Source of the DNA: a virus
Lineage: Duplodnaviria > Heunggongvirae > Uroviricota > Caudoviricetes
DNA length: 64,000 nucleotides
IMG/VR virus record: IMGVR_UViG_3300042544_003430
Reading direction: 5' to 3' (one strand)
A program made the position numbers and the translations under genes. Shown piece after piece: positions 35,291 through 44,794 of this stretch (position 1 is the first letter of the stretch; each line of letters begins with the position of its first letter). The notes beneath the pieces are model-generated. The model did no database searches, was not told the origin of the DNA, and was given only the letters and a program-made list of their open reading frames with translations.

Positions 35291-35821
35291 ATGAAGTATC
35301 TAGAACTATTCGAAGCATTTAATCCCTCCGGGGATAAATTGGGATTTGGAAAACAAATTCAATCCCATATACAACAATTAGTTGGGAAGAATTTCGGAAC
35401 CCCTTATGTGGTTACTTCAGCAGAGGTAACAAGAGCTGAAAGTGAAGGGTTTGCAGATCAAAGCGGACAAGGGGATTTAGTTCTAACTTTCAAAAAAGAA
35501 TCTCCGGATGAGCTGGACGAACTTATTTCTGATTTAACCTCTGTAGGATTATCAGAAGAAAGGAAGATAGAATTTGGGTGGGACGTTATTGCTACGATGG
35601 AAACAGAATCTTCTCCAGACGGAGACCCTCTTTGGGATTTAACCTATAACATCTATACAGACTCCCCCGTAGTTTTTCTACAGTTCCCTGAAATATTCAG
35701 GGGTGAAGTAAAACACCTCTACGACATGTCTTATGGAGTTGGCAGCGTAATCAAAGGGTTAATAGAGAAAACAATAAATCGTTTAGTATACGAATCTAAA
35801 ATGGGTAATAAGAACAAGTAA
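35291..35821 (+). CDS. MKH/VGL family protein (internal DLTSVGL)
   Basis: N-terminus MKYLELFEAFNPS. LISDLTSVGL motif. Confidence 0.45.
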   Translation: MKYLELFEAFNPSGDKLGFGKQIQSHIQQLVGKNFGTPYVVTSAEVTRAESEGFADQSGQGDLVLTFKKESPDELDELISDLTSVGLSEERKIEFGWDVIATMETESSPDGDPLWDLTYNIYTDSPVVFLQFPEIFRGEVKHLYDMSYGVGSVIKGLIEKTINRLVYESKMGNKNK

Positions 35822-35826
35822 TACCT

Positions 35827-36162
35827 ATGAATCAAACAGTAAACCTACTTAAGACCGGATCCGAATATATTTTAGCTCTTCCGAGAGGGAAAAGACTAGA
35901 AAAAGGAGATTTTGCAATAGGGGTGTCCAACTCTTATTCAAAGGTTTCTTCTGTTAAAGAAGGGGATTATTTTGATGCTAGAATTTACTATCTTGAAGAT
36001 GGTAGCTGTCTAGTAAACCCAATTAAAATTGTGGGATTTGAATCCGATATAGATCCAGAGGTTCTAACAAAAATAAAGGAACTTAAAGAAGTTCCTTTGT
36101 ATATCGAGATCGTAGAAAACCAGATCGTTCGTGAATCTGGTAAGATTAAAGTTATTTATTAA
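35827..36162 (+). CDS. hypothetical protein (111 aa)
   Basis: ORF only. Confidence 0.35.
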   Translation: MNQTVNLLKTGSEYILALPRGKRLEKGDFAIGVSNSYSKVSSVKEGDYFDARIYYLEDGSCLVNPIKIVGFESDIDPEVLTKIKELKEVPLYIEIVENQIVRESGKIKVIY

Positions 36163-37121
36163 ACAAAGTTTCCTTTGCTGTCCATCGGAACGTGAATGTA
36201 TTTACCAAATGGAGGTACGTTGAAATTCTTTCCTTTTTCGCAAATAAACCAGAAAACTCTCTTTACGTAATTGTTAATTCCATAGGAGGATTTATCAGGA
36301 TATTCGGCAAATGAATCTGTCAAGTAAATTACTACAGATGGATTAATTTTCTGCTTCTGAATCCAAGCAAACGGTGGAATAAATCCTTTAGCATTACCTC
36401 CAGTAGAAGCAATCTTTCCAAAGTCTGGTTTACCACCTTTTTTAACAATATCAATAGAATCTATATCGTCTGAACAGTAGATGATATAGGTTGTGTCTAT
36501 ATCCATCTTTGTGGAAAGATAAAGAACTTCAGAGATAAAGGTTTTGATTTGTTCCTTAGAAATAGATCCCGAGGTATCTACAGGAAGAACTAAAGTTCTA
36601 AGAGTATCTTTACCTGCTCTCTTTCTTCCGTATAAAATATCACCAGATCCTAAAAATCTTCTATTTGGTAGTGTTTCTTCCCATTTATTCAAGGCACTAT
36701 CCATGAACTTTTTAAGTTCTTTTTTCCAGTCAATCTTTGGCTTGGTTGTTCTTAAATCTATCAATAGTCTTCTTCCTTTTTCAGAAAGAGATGCTCCTGC
36801 AGAAGACATAGCTGCTCTTGTTGCATTTTCCCACATCGCGGAAACTTTTGATTTGCTTCCGCCCGATCCCATAGCTTGCTTAGAGGTATAGGACTTGGTA
36901 GATGTTTTGGGTCCCTGTGATGGATTTCTCTCGTAACCTGGACCTGTTTTTGCATTTGGATCTAATTTAGGGGTTTCCACGTCTTCAGGAGCTTTTTCTA
37001 ATTCCTGTGGTGAACTTGTTCCTTCTTTTTTATCCCCAGCTTGAGGTTTCTGTTGCCCTGGTTCTACAGTGTCAACATCTACTATAACGAATTCTCCTTT
37101 TTTAACTTGCATTTTATTCAA
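36159..37121 (-). CDS. vWA-like domain protein (DUF2201-type partner of the metallopeptidase)
   Basis: LVLPVDTSGSIS MIDAS motif. Overlaps the upstream metallopeptidase gene. Confidence 0.5.
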   Translation of the reverse strand: MNKMQVKKGEFVIVDVDTVEPGQQKPQAGDKKEGTSSPQELEKAPEDVETPKLDPNAKTGPGYERNPSQGPKTSTKSYTSKQAMGSGGSKSKVSAMWENATRAAMSSAGASLSEKGRRLLIDLRTTKPKIDWKKELKKFMDSALNKWEETLPNRRFLGSGDILYGRKRAGKDTLRTLVLPVDTSGSISKEQIKTFISEVLYLSTKMDIDTTYIIYCSDDIDSIDIVKKGGKPDFGKIASTGGNAKGFIPPFAWIQKQKINPSVVIYLTDSFAEYPDKSSYGINNYVKRVFWFICEKGKNFNVPPFGKYIHVPMDSKGNFV

Positions 37122-38139
37122 CTATTATATCTCCGTTAGGAAGAACACTTTTTACTACCCCTATTTTACCTGCGTTGGGACCTACCGTAATTCTAACTCT
37201 TTTACCAACTATGCTCTGCTCTCCTTCTCCTGGTTTGTCTCCTTCTCCTGGTTTGTCTCCCGGTTTTCCCTTCCCCTCTTCTTCACCTGGCATATCCCCT
37301 GGTTTATCTCCTGGCATATCCCCTGGTTTATCTCCTGGCATATCCCCCGGTTTATCTCCTGGTTTATCTCCTCCTTCTCCCATTTCTTTTTCTTCTTCTG
37401 CCTGATCGTCTCTAACGTCCTGAACTACAGAATTTTCTGAATCCGGTTCTGATAAATCTTCATCAGAATCAATAACGTGGGTTCCAGATTCCTCGGATTC
37501 ACCAGAATCCTCAGTTGCTTTTTTCTGCTGTTCTCTGTCTTCTTTTAGAAGATCGTAAATATCTTCAGCTCTCATACCGACATATTTCTCTTCGAACAAT
37601 CCCATTCTGCTTCCATCTGGTTGTTTTGGCCACTCGAATTGTCCAGGAACTACTTCTTCATTTAAGATTGGATTGATTGCGTAATCTGCTGCATAGTTCC
37701 AAAGTAAAGGATTTCTATTTCCTCTTCTGGTCATGTGATCACCTACACAATGTAGAATCTCGTGGCATAAAACAAATCTGATAGCTGCGTCCGATTGGCT
37801 TAAAACGAAATCCGGATGATATTGAATGTTTAGACCGTTAGTACACATAGTTGTGTATCTTGGATCAGAACTTCCGTAGATGTTTAATTTTGCTAGTAGC
37901 TGAGCGAAGAATCCTTTCTTAGAATTGATCCATAAAAGATTTCTATTTACTTTTACTCTTGCTTGATTTTCTTTATCAGCATCTCCCTCAAAAAGTTCGT
38001 AACTGTTTTTCTCGACCACATATTGGCCAAATTTTTCAATTACTTTAATTCCTTTAGTAGAATTTCTGTTTGATTCTAGGGTAACATGAAACTTAGCAAA
38101 CGAGTCTATGATATCGGTATGTATTTTCTTAAATTCCAT
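37114..38139 (-). CDS. putative zinc metallopeptidase (HExxH) with C-terminal GDKPG/GDMPG collagen-like repeats
   Basis: LCHEILHCVGDHM motif. Tail GDKPGDKPGDMPGDKPGDMPGDKPGDMPGEEEGKGKPGDKPGEGDKPGEG. Confidence 0.5.
   Translation of the reverse strand: MEFKKIHTDIIDSFAKFHVTLESNRNSTKGIKVIEKFGQYVVEKNSYELFEGDADKENQARVKVNRNLLWINSKKGFFAQLLAKLNIYGSSDPRYTTMCTNGLNIQYHPDFVLSQSDAAIRFVLCHEILHCVGDHMTRRGNRNPLLWNYAADYAINPILNEEVVPGQFEWPKQPDGSRMGLFEEKYVGMRAEDIYDLLKEDREQQKKATEDSGESEESGTHVIDSDEDLSEPDSENSVVQDVRDDQAEEEKEMGEGGDKPGDKPGDMPGDKPGDMPGDKPGDMPGEEEGKGKPGDKPGEGDKPGEGEQSIVGKRVRITVGPNAGKIGVVKSVLPNGDIIVE
37222..37375. repeat. tandem DNA repeats (18-nt and 24-nt units) encoding the GDKPG/GDMPG tract
   Basis: ctccttctcctggtttgt x2, then cctggcatatcccctggtttatct x3, then shorter units. 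Confidence 0.6.
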
Positions 38140-38149
38140 TAGCTAGAAA

Positions 38150-39703
38150 TTATACTAAACCTTTATCTTTCATTCCACCTTTTACCATCATTGCTGCTTC
38201 AATTCTAAGCTTTCCTTCCGGTGTATCTTTAATTTTTAGTGTTTCTTCGTTTACTCCAAATTCAGGATATTTTTCTTTGATTCTAGCATAAACCCATGAT
38301 AGGATTTCAAGATTGCTTAAACCTTGGTAGTATTTCATGATATTGAATAGATCCTGATCTGTTGCTTTTCCTCCTGACATTTCTTCAGCTTTTCTTAAAG
38401 CCATTTCAAATACTCCATAAGCTACTGAAGAGAAATCTGCTCCTTTTGAAAGTGGTTTAGCTTTTTCTGGATTCTTAACAATATCTTCCAAATCTCTATC
38501 TGAAATTCTTCTAATAACATCAAGATAAGCTTTTAATTTACCTGCCGCTGATGGACCGATAGCATCTGAGTAGATGTTGTAGATCGTATCTGTTGGTAGG
38601 TCTCTCCAATTTGTAGCTCCCTCGTCTTCCATTTCATCCTTAAGAGATGCTGCTGCATCTGTCCAAGATCTAGGGGTTGGGAATTTAAGAGTTGCTTTTT
38701 CTGTATCTAAGTAGTGGAATAATTCTGGATTTCTTTCTACGAATCCAACAATTTCTGGTTCGAAATCCCCTGGTTTTGATTTAGCCCATTTAGACCAAGA
38801 TTCAACGTCAGGAACAAAGTTAACGATATTGAATCTGTCTGCCATAGCAAAGTCAAATTCTGCAACTTCTCCAGATCCGCTAACGTCTTCTGGTCTGTTA
38901 CCAGCTGCTACGATAACCCATTTATCAGGTAATTGATAAGTTCCAACTCTACCCATTTGAACGAACTGCATGATAGCATTCAAAATATATTTGTTTGCTC
39001 TGTTCATCTCGTCCATGAATATAAATCCACCTTTACCTTCTGGTCCATTGTCCGTAGGTAAAACGATAGGAGGATTTGATCTTGTTATTCCTTTACCTGC
39101 AGAAATTAATCTTCCTTCTTCTCCATATTTAGGTTCTTCAATATCAACAACTTTAGGTATTCCTAAAAAGTCTTCCGGTGACATAAATTGCAAGTCTAAG
39201 TTAAGCATAGGAACTCCGGCTGCTTGAGCTGCTTGACCAACGATTTGGGTTTTTCCTATACCTGGAGCTCCGTAGATGAAGATAGGTTTTGCTCTACCTC
39301 CTCTTTGTTTAGATCTGTAAAGTTTACCTAACATGCTCTTAAGTTCAGTAGCGTCCACGTTTCTAACTGTTTGATCTTCTCCTGTATATTCCAGAGGAAC
39401 TTGAGCTTCATCTAGGTCAGATATTAAAGACTCATTGACAGGATTCATCTTTGCAAATTCTGTTCCTTTATATAGATTATTAATCTGAGAAACTATATTT
39501 CCGTTTGCTGGGTCAAAATAAGTAACTGAAGGTGTTCCTTTTTTTGGACCTGCAGGAATCATTTTGATAATACCATCTTTGATAGCCTTTGCGATTCTAG
39601 CTATCCATCCACCGGCTTTAGAGAGAAAATCTCCAAATCTTGATTCGTTTGTTGTGCTTCTGTTGTTTACATAATCATCGAAGCTAAATACTCTTTTTCC
39701 CAT
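38150..39703 (-). CDS. MoxR-like AAA+ ATPase
   Basis: Walker A IFIYGAPGIGKTQ and Walker B FIFMDEMNRA. Sits in a gene triad with the vWA and metallopeptidase genes. Confidence 0.6.
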   Translation of the reverse strand: MGKRVFSFDDYVNNRSTTNESRFGDFLSKAGGWIARIAKAIKDGIIKMIPAGPKKGTPSVTYFDPANGNIVSQINNLYKGTEFAKMNPVNESLISDLDEAQVPLEYTGEDQTVRNVDATELKSMLGKLYRSKQRGGRAKPIFIYGAPGIGKTQIVGQAAQAAGVPMLNLDLQFMSPEDFLGIPKVVDIEEPKYGEEGRLISAGKGITRSNPPIVLPTDNGPEGKGGFIFMDEMNRANKYILNAIMQFVQMGRVGTYQLPDKWVIVAAGNRPEDVSGSGEVAEFDFAMADRFNIVNFVPDVESWSKWAKSKPGDFEPEIVGFVERNPELFHYLDTEKATLKFPTPRSWTDAAASLKDEMEDEGATNWRDLPTDTIYNIYSDAIGPSAAGKLKAYLDVIRRISDRDLEDIVKNPEKAKPLSKGADFSSVAYGVFEMALRKAEEMSGGKATDQDLFNIMKYYQGLSNLEILSWVYARIKEKYPEFGVNEETLKIKDTPEGKLRIEAAMMVKGGMKDKGLV

Positions 39704-39736
39704 TTTGGTTTTATTGATTTTTTAATTTTTAATTTG

Positions 39737-39748
39737 GGATATATATCA
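39737..39748 (+). promoter_or_regulatory. motif B variant (GGGATATATATC) upstream of 39766
   Basis: Divergent region between minus and plus blocks. Confidence 0.35.
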
Positions 39749-39765
39749 ACAAACAAAAACGAATT

Positions 39766-40158
39766 ATGAAAAACATTAAATTTTTTGAGGACTTTAATTC
39801 CGAAGTTCCATCCCAAGAAATCCACGAAGGACACGGAGAAATGCAGAACTACATGTTCTTTCAAAATCTTCACACGCTTAAAAATGCAATTGAAGAATTG
39901 ATTGAATTAGATCCTGTTAAAGTCGATGGTATTCTTGCAGACGGTCACGGATGGGCTTTAGATCACATTGCTACATCAGTAGATGACGTTGAGGAGGTTT
40001 ATCACTTCTTATCTAACTCTATTGAAATGGGACATGAAGGGGAAGAACACGGGGAAGACCACGAAGAAGGTCACGAAGAAATGGGGATGGAAATCCAAGT
40101 TTCACCAGACGAGGTAGAAGTTGAAACTGAAGACGAAGACGAAGAAGACGAAGACTAA
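39766..40158 (+). CDS. acidic His/Glu-rich protein
   Basis: N-terminus MKNIKFFEDFNSE. Tail HEGEEHGEDHEEGHEEMG...ETEDEDEEDED. Confidence 0.4.
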   Translation: MKNIKFFEDFNSEVPSQEIHEGHGEMQNYMFFQNLHTLKNAIEELIELDPVKVDGILADGHGWALDHIATSVDDVEEVYHFLSNSIEMGHEGEEHGEDHEEGHEEMGMEIQVSPDEVEVETEDEDEEDED

Positions 40159-40164
40159 TTAAAA

Positions 40165-41049
40165 ATGCCAGATCAGCCAAGCATACTAGGGGATGGAAAC
40201 ATCCAAGTTAAATATGGTCCTGAGATGGAAAATATTTACCCCTTTCTTACCACATTATCTGGTGAGAAAAGGGTTCTCTTTATTACCACTAGCAATCGTG
40301 GTGAATACATTTCAAGCAAGGGAGAAAAACCAAAATCGACTAGACTCGCAGAGCACTTAGCAGATCTTCTAAAAGAAAAAGGAGTAGAGGTAGTAACAAT
40401 GGATGCTGCCAAACTTAAAATCTACAATTGTCTTGGATGTGTTAGTGAGCTGAAGGGGAATATGTGTGGATCTCCTAAATCTAAATTAAAGGATCCTGAA
40501 AAAAATCCCCATGGTCATTTGAAATGCTGGGCCTCTCTGGATCATAAAGACGACGAATTATGGAAAATAGCAAATGAATTGTATAACTCTGATGCTGTTA
40601 TATTCTTTGCTTCCAACAGATGGGGAAATCCAAATGCAATTTATCAAAAATTAATCGAAAGACTTGACTGGATAGAAAGCTCTTATACAACATATAATGG
40701 CCAAAATACAGTTAAAAATAAAAAAGCAGGAATGGTTCTGCTAGGCCAAAATTGGAGAGTTCAAGAATCTTTAGAGGTTCAGTATCACGTTTTGAATTTC
40801 TTCGGATTTGAAACACCCGAAGAACTATTTATGGGATGGCAATTCACTAGAGATACAGACGACGAAGAACAAAGATCGTACCAGGAATCTTCAAGTTCTT
40901 TTGAACAATCTTGGGGGATGGAAATTCCAAACAAAGAAGAAACCATTAAAAAAGAAGGTGGTTTGGTTAAAGAATCCACCGAGAGTAAATTTACTAACGT
41001 CAAGGTTTCAGACTTTAGCAGTTTTATATCTAAATTAAACTGGAAATAA
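40165..41049 (+). CDS. flavodoxin-like fold / NAD(P)H-dependent FMN reductase-like protein
   Basis: KRVLFITTSNRGEYISS ... DAVIFFASNRWGNPNAIYQKLIERLDW resembles the NADPH_FMN_red/Flavodoxin_2 pattern. Confidence 0.4.
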   Translation: MPDQPSILGDGNIQVKYGPEMENIYPFLTTLSGEKRVLFITTSNRGEYISSKGEKPKSTRLAEHLADLLKEKGVEVVTMDAAKLKIYNCLGCVSELKGNMCGSPKSKLKDPEKNPHGHLKCWASLDHKDDELWKIANELYNSDAVIFFASNRWGNPNAIYQKLIERLDWIESSYTTYNGQNTVKNKKAGMVLLGQNWRVQESLEVQYHVLNFFGFETPEELFMGWQFTRDTDDEEQRSYQESSSSFEQSWGMEIPNKEETIKKEGGLVKESTESKFTNVKVSDFSSFISKLNWK

Positions 41050-41250
41050 ATGATCAGAAAAGATACTCATATCTTTAAGGTCAAAGTCGACGGAAGTGAG
41101 GATCCTCACATCATCAAAGACATTTATATTACTGAACCTGGGCATATTCTAGTTTCAGTTTACAACGAAAAAAAGAAGGTGTGTACTAATTACACCGTGT
41201 CTAAAATTCAGGAAGTTCTTCCTGACAAAATCAAAATTATTAAGAATTAA
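41050..41250 (+). CDS. small hypothetical protein (66 aa)
   Basis: ORF only. Confidence 0.3.
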   Translation: MIRKDTHIFKVKVDGSEDPHIIKDIYITEPGHILVSVYNEKKKVCTNYTVSKIQEVLPDKIKIIKN

Positions 41251-42005
41251 AGATCTGGTAAACCACCAATCTTTTTAGCTCTATTCTTATAGAGAGTGTA
41301 GATTTCTTGTTTCTTGTTAGCAGGAACAATTCCTTTAGCTATTCTATCATTTAAGAATTTGATGATCATTTCTTGAAAAGGTCTTTTTCTAGTTTTTGCC
41401 TCTGCATAGATTCCATGTAGATTAGCATCAACCTCATCTTTTAGTTTATAGTACTTATAATAGTTTTCTGGATTTGATTGGATTTTAATCCTCTGAGCAT
41501 AATTTCTCTTCATTGCCTTAGCAGGAATAGTATTCCATCCTCTCTGGGTTAAATGCTCTATCTCATGTCTGATTAAATTTCTCAACTCTGGTGCAAGTTC
41601 TACATAACATTGAGGTTCAGTAGCAGGATTTACAGTAAGTTCAATATAGAGAATTGCTGGGTCCTCGTCTGCATTACCGTCCAGAATAAAAGATTCGGTG
41701 TATGTAGGAGCTTCGTCCCTTACGATAACCAATTTAACAAAGACGTCAAGATTTGTACCCGGATCTAAATAGTTTCCAACGTCCAAGAATTGCATGTCGT
41801 CTATTAGAGTTTCAAAACTTGGAACATCGTCTTTTTCGGTGTACCTAATTTTTACTCCTTCATATTCACCATTTGGTGTATTACTATCTTTTATGAGTTT
41901 CATAGCATCGGCTGAAATTTGACCAACTAATCTGTCATACTTTCCTTCGAAAAGAAAACCCTCAGATTCGGAAATAAAATCAGCAAAAGACTTAGTGAAA
42001 CTCAT
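41247..42005 (-). CDS. hypothetical protein with HExxH motif
   Basis: IRHEIEHLTQRG. Confidence 0.35.
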   Translation of the reverse strand: MSFTKSFADFISESEGFLFEGKYDRLVGQISADAMKLIKDSNTPNGEYEGVKIRYTEKDDVPSFETLIDDMQFLDVGNYLDPGTNLDVFVKLVIVRDEAPTYTESFILDGNADEDPAILYIELTVNPATEPQCYVELAPELRNLIRHEIEHLTQRGWNTIPAKAMKRNYAQRIKIQSNPENYYKYYKLKDEVDANLHGIYAEAKTRKRPFQEMIIKFLNDRIAKGIVPANKKQEIYTLYKNRAKKIGGLPDL

Positions 42006-42417
42006 CCAATTTTTTAATTTTAAAAATTAAAGATTCCATGGCTCCCGGATATTTTCCGTTGTCGCTAGATCTCTCTGGATATTCGGTTAAATAAGGATCT
42101 TCTAATTTCACTTTCTTACCTTTATGATTAGAAACGGTTTTATCCTCGTAGTAAAGAAGATCTAAATCCATTAGGGATCCAAGCATTTTATCAACTTCAA
42201 AATCTTCTTCTTCTAAACCGGTTAGATTTATAAACATTTCTATGGCATATTTCGGATCTATCCAACCCATCCCAGAAGTAACTATATCAATGATATTATC
42301 TGTAGCGGATTTAGGATCCATAGATTCGTTCAAAAACTCACCATATTCTTTAATATTGATTCCCATTTTTATAAAAGTTTTTTTGCTTCTTCGAAATCTT
42401 CTGCAGTTAAATTCCAT
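41992..42417 (-). CDS. hypothetical protein (141 aa)
   Basis: ORF overlapping its neighbours on the minus strand. Confidence 0.35.
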   Translation of the reverse strand: MEFNCRRFRRSKKTFIKMGINIKEYGEFLNESMDPKSATDNIIDIVTSGMGWIDPKYAIEMFINLTGLEEEDFEVDKMLGSLMDLDLLYYEDKTVSNHKGKKVKLEDPYLTEYPERSSDNGKYPGAMESLIFKIKKLDEFH

Positions 42418-43115
42418 CCAGCTATTTTTTCTTTGATGAATTTCTTAGCTTCTGGATATGTTGCGTCAGTGTTATCTTTTAAATATGCTAACAATTTTTC
42501 TCTAATCGCCGGATGAATTCCTTCAGATTCTAAAATTTCTTCCGGAAACTCAAATTCTAAGCTTTCGGTTGTCAATTTAATTTCTGATAAAATCTTTTTC
42601 AATTCCTCCTGGACTTTTATTTTATCTCTTCTAGATGCTCCTCCTTGACCGATGAAAACATTAAATTCTTCGATCATATCATCGGTTAATTCCTCATCCA
42701 GTTCAACTAATGGTTTTTCTGAATTTTCCCAATCGTCTGTTCCAAATCCTATTTCCATCACCGGAACGTCGTTAGCAGCAGCTTCTATTCCCATTGAATC
42801 TGGATCTTGGTATTCTTGAGCATCTTCGTCCCAAATCTTGTAATTTTCCTCGAACTCCGGAGAGGTTGAATCAAAATAGAAAATGTAGTTTTTACCTGTT
42901 TTTTGATCTTTTAATGTTGCAAACTCAAGAAAATCTGTAGATGTTAATTTTAAGTTGTGCTTGGAGGGATTGATTCCTCTAAGATCCTCAACTTCTCTAT
43001 AATCATCTTCTCTGTACCCGGGAGGGAGGTTTCCGGATGGAGAGGTAGTTACACCAAATAAGTCTGCCTCGTTATTTTTTAGATGAAATTCATCGAAAGA
43101 TAAAATTTTTGCCAT
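42369..43115 (-). CDS. acidic hypothetical protein (248 aa)
   Basis: ORF. A motif B copy lies on the minus strand at 43132-43144, upstream of its start. Confidence 0.4.
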   Translation of the reverse strand: MAKILSFDEFHLKNNEADLFGVTTSPSGNLPPGYREDDYREVEDLRGINPSKHNLKLTSTDFLEFATLKDQKTGKNYIFYFDSTSPEFEENYKIWDEDAQEYQDPDSMGIEAAANDVPVMEIGFGTDDWENSEKPLVELDEELTDDMIEEFNVFIGQGGASRRDKIKVQEELKKILSEIKLTTESLEFEFPEEILESEGIHPAIREKLLAYLKDNTDATYPEAKKFIKEKIAGWNLTAEDFEEAKKLL

Positions 43116-43283
43116 TGATTTAAATTAATTTGTTTATATATCCCAGTCACATCAAAATCTTTTGTTTGAAATATTTCAATTATTTTTTAATTTTAAGAAA
43201 CTTTTCTATAAAAACCATCTAAAAGAATTACTTATATTCCCTGGAGAAGTATCTATTATTATCTAGGAGCCGCCGTTAAGGTC

Positions 43284-43317
43284 TCAACAAAAAACCCAAA
43301 CTCGAAAGTCTGGGTTT
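43284..43317 (-). terminator. minus-strand intrinsic terminator
   Basis: On the minus strand: AAACCCA-gactttcgag-TGGGTTT followed by TTTTGTT, downstream of the 43336-43941 gene. Confidence 0.4.
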
Positions 43318-43335
43318 ACATAAGGTCTATTCTTC

Positions 43336-43941
43336 TTATTTTAAACTTAGAAGGTATTTAGTTTGATCTATCAGACTCAAAATTTCCTGAATTATATTAA
43401 AGATTTCCGGATCTTTATTTTCATCGAATGCAGAGATACATTCTTCTCTGTAACAAACATCTAAATGAGCTATGAATCTAGGAAGTCCGTCTGGGGATTC
43501 TGGAGAATCGTAGTTATCTAATTTTAATGTTCTTTCCGAATCATTAAAAACGGGTCTACCATATTTTCCCATGATTGATTCTATCAAAGTATCTGAGATT
43601 TCAATAAACTCTTCAAAGAAATTATCTAAAGCTTTGTGCTCGGAATATGAATTGGTCTGCCAATGCAAAAGTTTTGCTTGAGTCATATTTTGAAGAACCC
43701 TACTTGCAACCTGGCTTGTTTTAGAGCTAGGGGTTTGGGTCTTATCTGGAGCTGCACTAGGAGTTTTGGGAATACTAATAGGTTTTAGAGGGATAATTTC
43801 CGCATCAGTCTCTACCTCCGGACCTTTGGGTTGTTCTGGGTTATATTTTCTTTTACCTGCAGGTTCTATAATTTCACCAAAGGCACTTAGATTTAATACG
43901 TTGTCCGCCATATATTTTTTTTCTTTTTTGTTATATATCAA
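43336..43941 (-). CDS. hypothetical protein (201 aa)
   Basis: ORF. A minus-strand motif B-like sequence (TGATATATAAC) lies at 43930-43944. Confidence 0.4.
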   Translation of the reverse strand: MIYNKKEKKYMADNVLNLSAFGEIIEPAGKRKYNPEQPKGPEVETDAEIIPLKPISIPKTPSAAPDKTQTPSSKTSQVASRVLQNMTQAKLLHWQTNSYSEHKALDNFFEEFIEISDTLIESIMGKYGRPVFNDSERTLKLDNYDSPESPDGLPRFIAHLDVCYREECISAFDENKDPEIFNIIQEILSLIDQTKYLLSLK

Positions 43942-43967
43942 GTACGACCGAAATTTTTTTAAAAATG

Positions 43968-43976
43968 CCGTATATT
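43968..43976 (+). promoter_or_regulatory. motif A upstream of 43985
   Basis: atgCCGTATATTaaatagaaATG. Confidence 0.45.
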
Positions 43977-43984
43977 AAATAGAA

Positions 43985-44452
43985 ATGGAACAGATGTTTG
44001 ACGAATGGAGAAGTCTAGGTGATCGTAAGAAAATTGATCCTATGAAACACCTAGCAGAATGGACTTTAGTAAATCCTGACTACAAGATTTACATTGGTTG
44101 TGACTCAAGTAATATGGGTGACAAGACCACGTATGCTACCGTAATTGTTCTACACAAGGAGAATAAAGGTGGACACGTTATCTACAGCAGAAAGTCGGAG
44201 CCCAGAATTAAATCCAGATATGAGAGATTATGGAAAGAAGTTGAACTCAGTGTTTCTGCTGCTCATCTGTTAGAAATGTGGGGATTCGGAAAACCGGACT
44301 TCATTGATATTGATTTAAACCCAGATCCTAGATACCAATCTAATACTTTACTAGCTTCTGCAGTTGGTATGGTGGAATCACTTGGAATCAAGGCTAGATG
44401 GAAATCTAAATCACCTTGGGCAATTTCTATTGCTGACTCAATTTGCAGATAG
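43985..44452 (+). CDS. hypothetical protein, possibly RNase H-like fold
   Basis: YKIYIGCDSS...TTYATVIVLH pattern resembles YkuK/DUF458-like proteins. Weak. Confidence 0.3.
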   Translation: MEQMFDEWRSLGDRKKIDPMKHLAEWTLVNPDYKIYIGCDSSNMGDKTTYATVIVLHKENKGGHVIYSRKSEPRIKSRYERLWKEVELSVSAAHLLEMWGFGKPDFIDIDLNPDPRYQSNTLLASAVGMVESLGIKARWKSKSPWAISIADSICR

Positions 44453-44484
44453 GGGAATATATAGTTTAAATCCATTAAAAAACT

Positions 44485-44745
44485 ATGGAATTAAACAAAC
44501 CAGATCTTGATTTTTCCAATCCGCAAGAAGTCTTTAATACTACAGATAGAATAATCACAAATATAAAATCTCTAGAAAAGGAATTAGAAGCTATCCAATC
44601 TGCTTGTCCTCATCCAGACTACACGGTTAAAAATTTTAACATCCATGGAAATAATAATTTTTCTGTGAAGAAAGTTTGTGATCTGTGTCAAGCAGATATT
44701 GGATACCCAACCCAAGAGGAAGTAAATTCCTGGATTAGATCCTAA
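44485..44745 (+). CDS. small protein with possible zinc ribbon (CPHP...C.LC)
   Basis: Preceded by motif B-like GGAATATATAG. Confidence 0.3.
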   Translation: MELNKPDLDFSNPQEVFNTTDRIITNIKSLEKELEAIQSACPHPDYTVKNFNIHGNNNFSVKKVCDLCQADIGYPTQEEVNSWIRS

Positions 44746-44794
44746 TAAAATGAATCATTATGGATCATCTGATCTATAATAAAGAAATATAATT

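Noticed and set aside
36544-37440. Plus-strand ORFs (36544-36891, 37069-37440, 37175-37405) opposite the vWA and metallopeptidase genes
   Set aside because: They are the antisense of the GDKPG repeat tract and vWA gene, and their repeat-driven low-complexity translations (SPGLSPGISPG...) are not credible.
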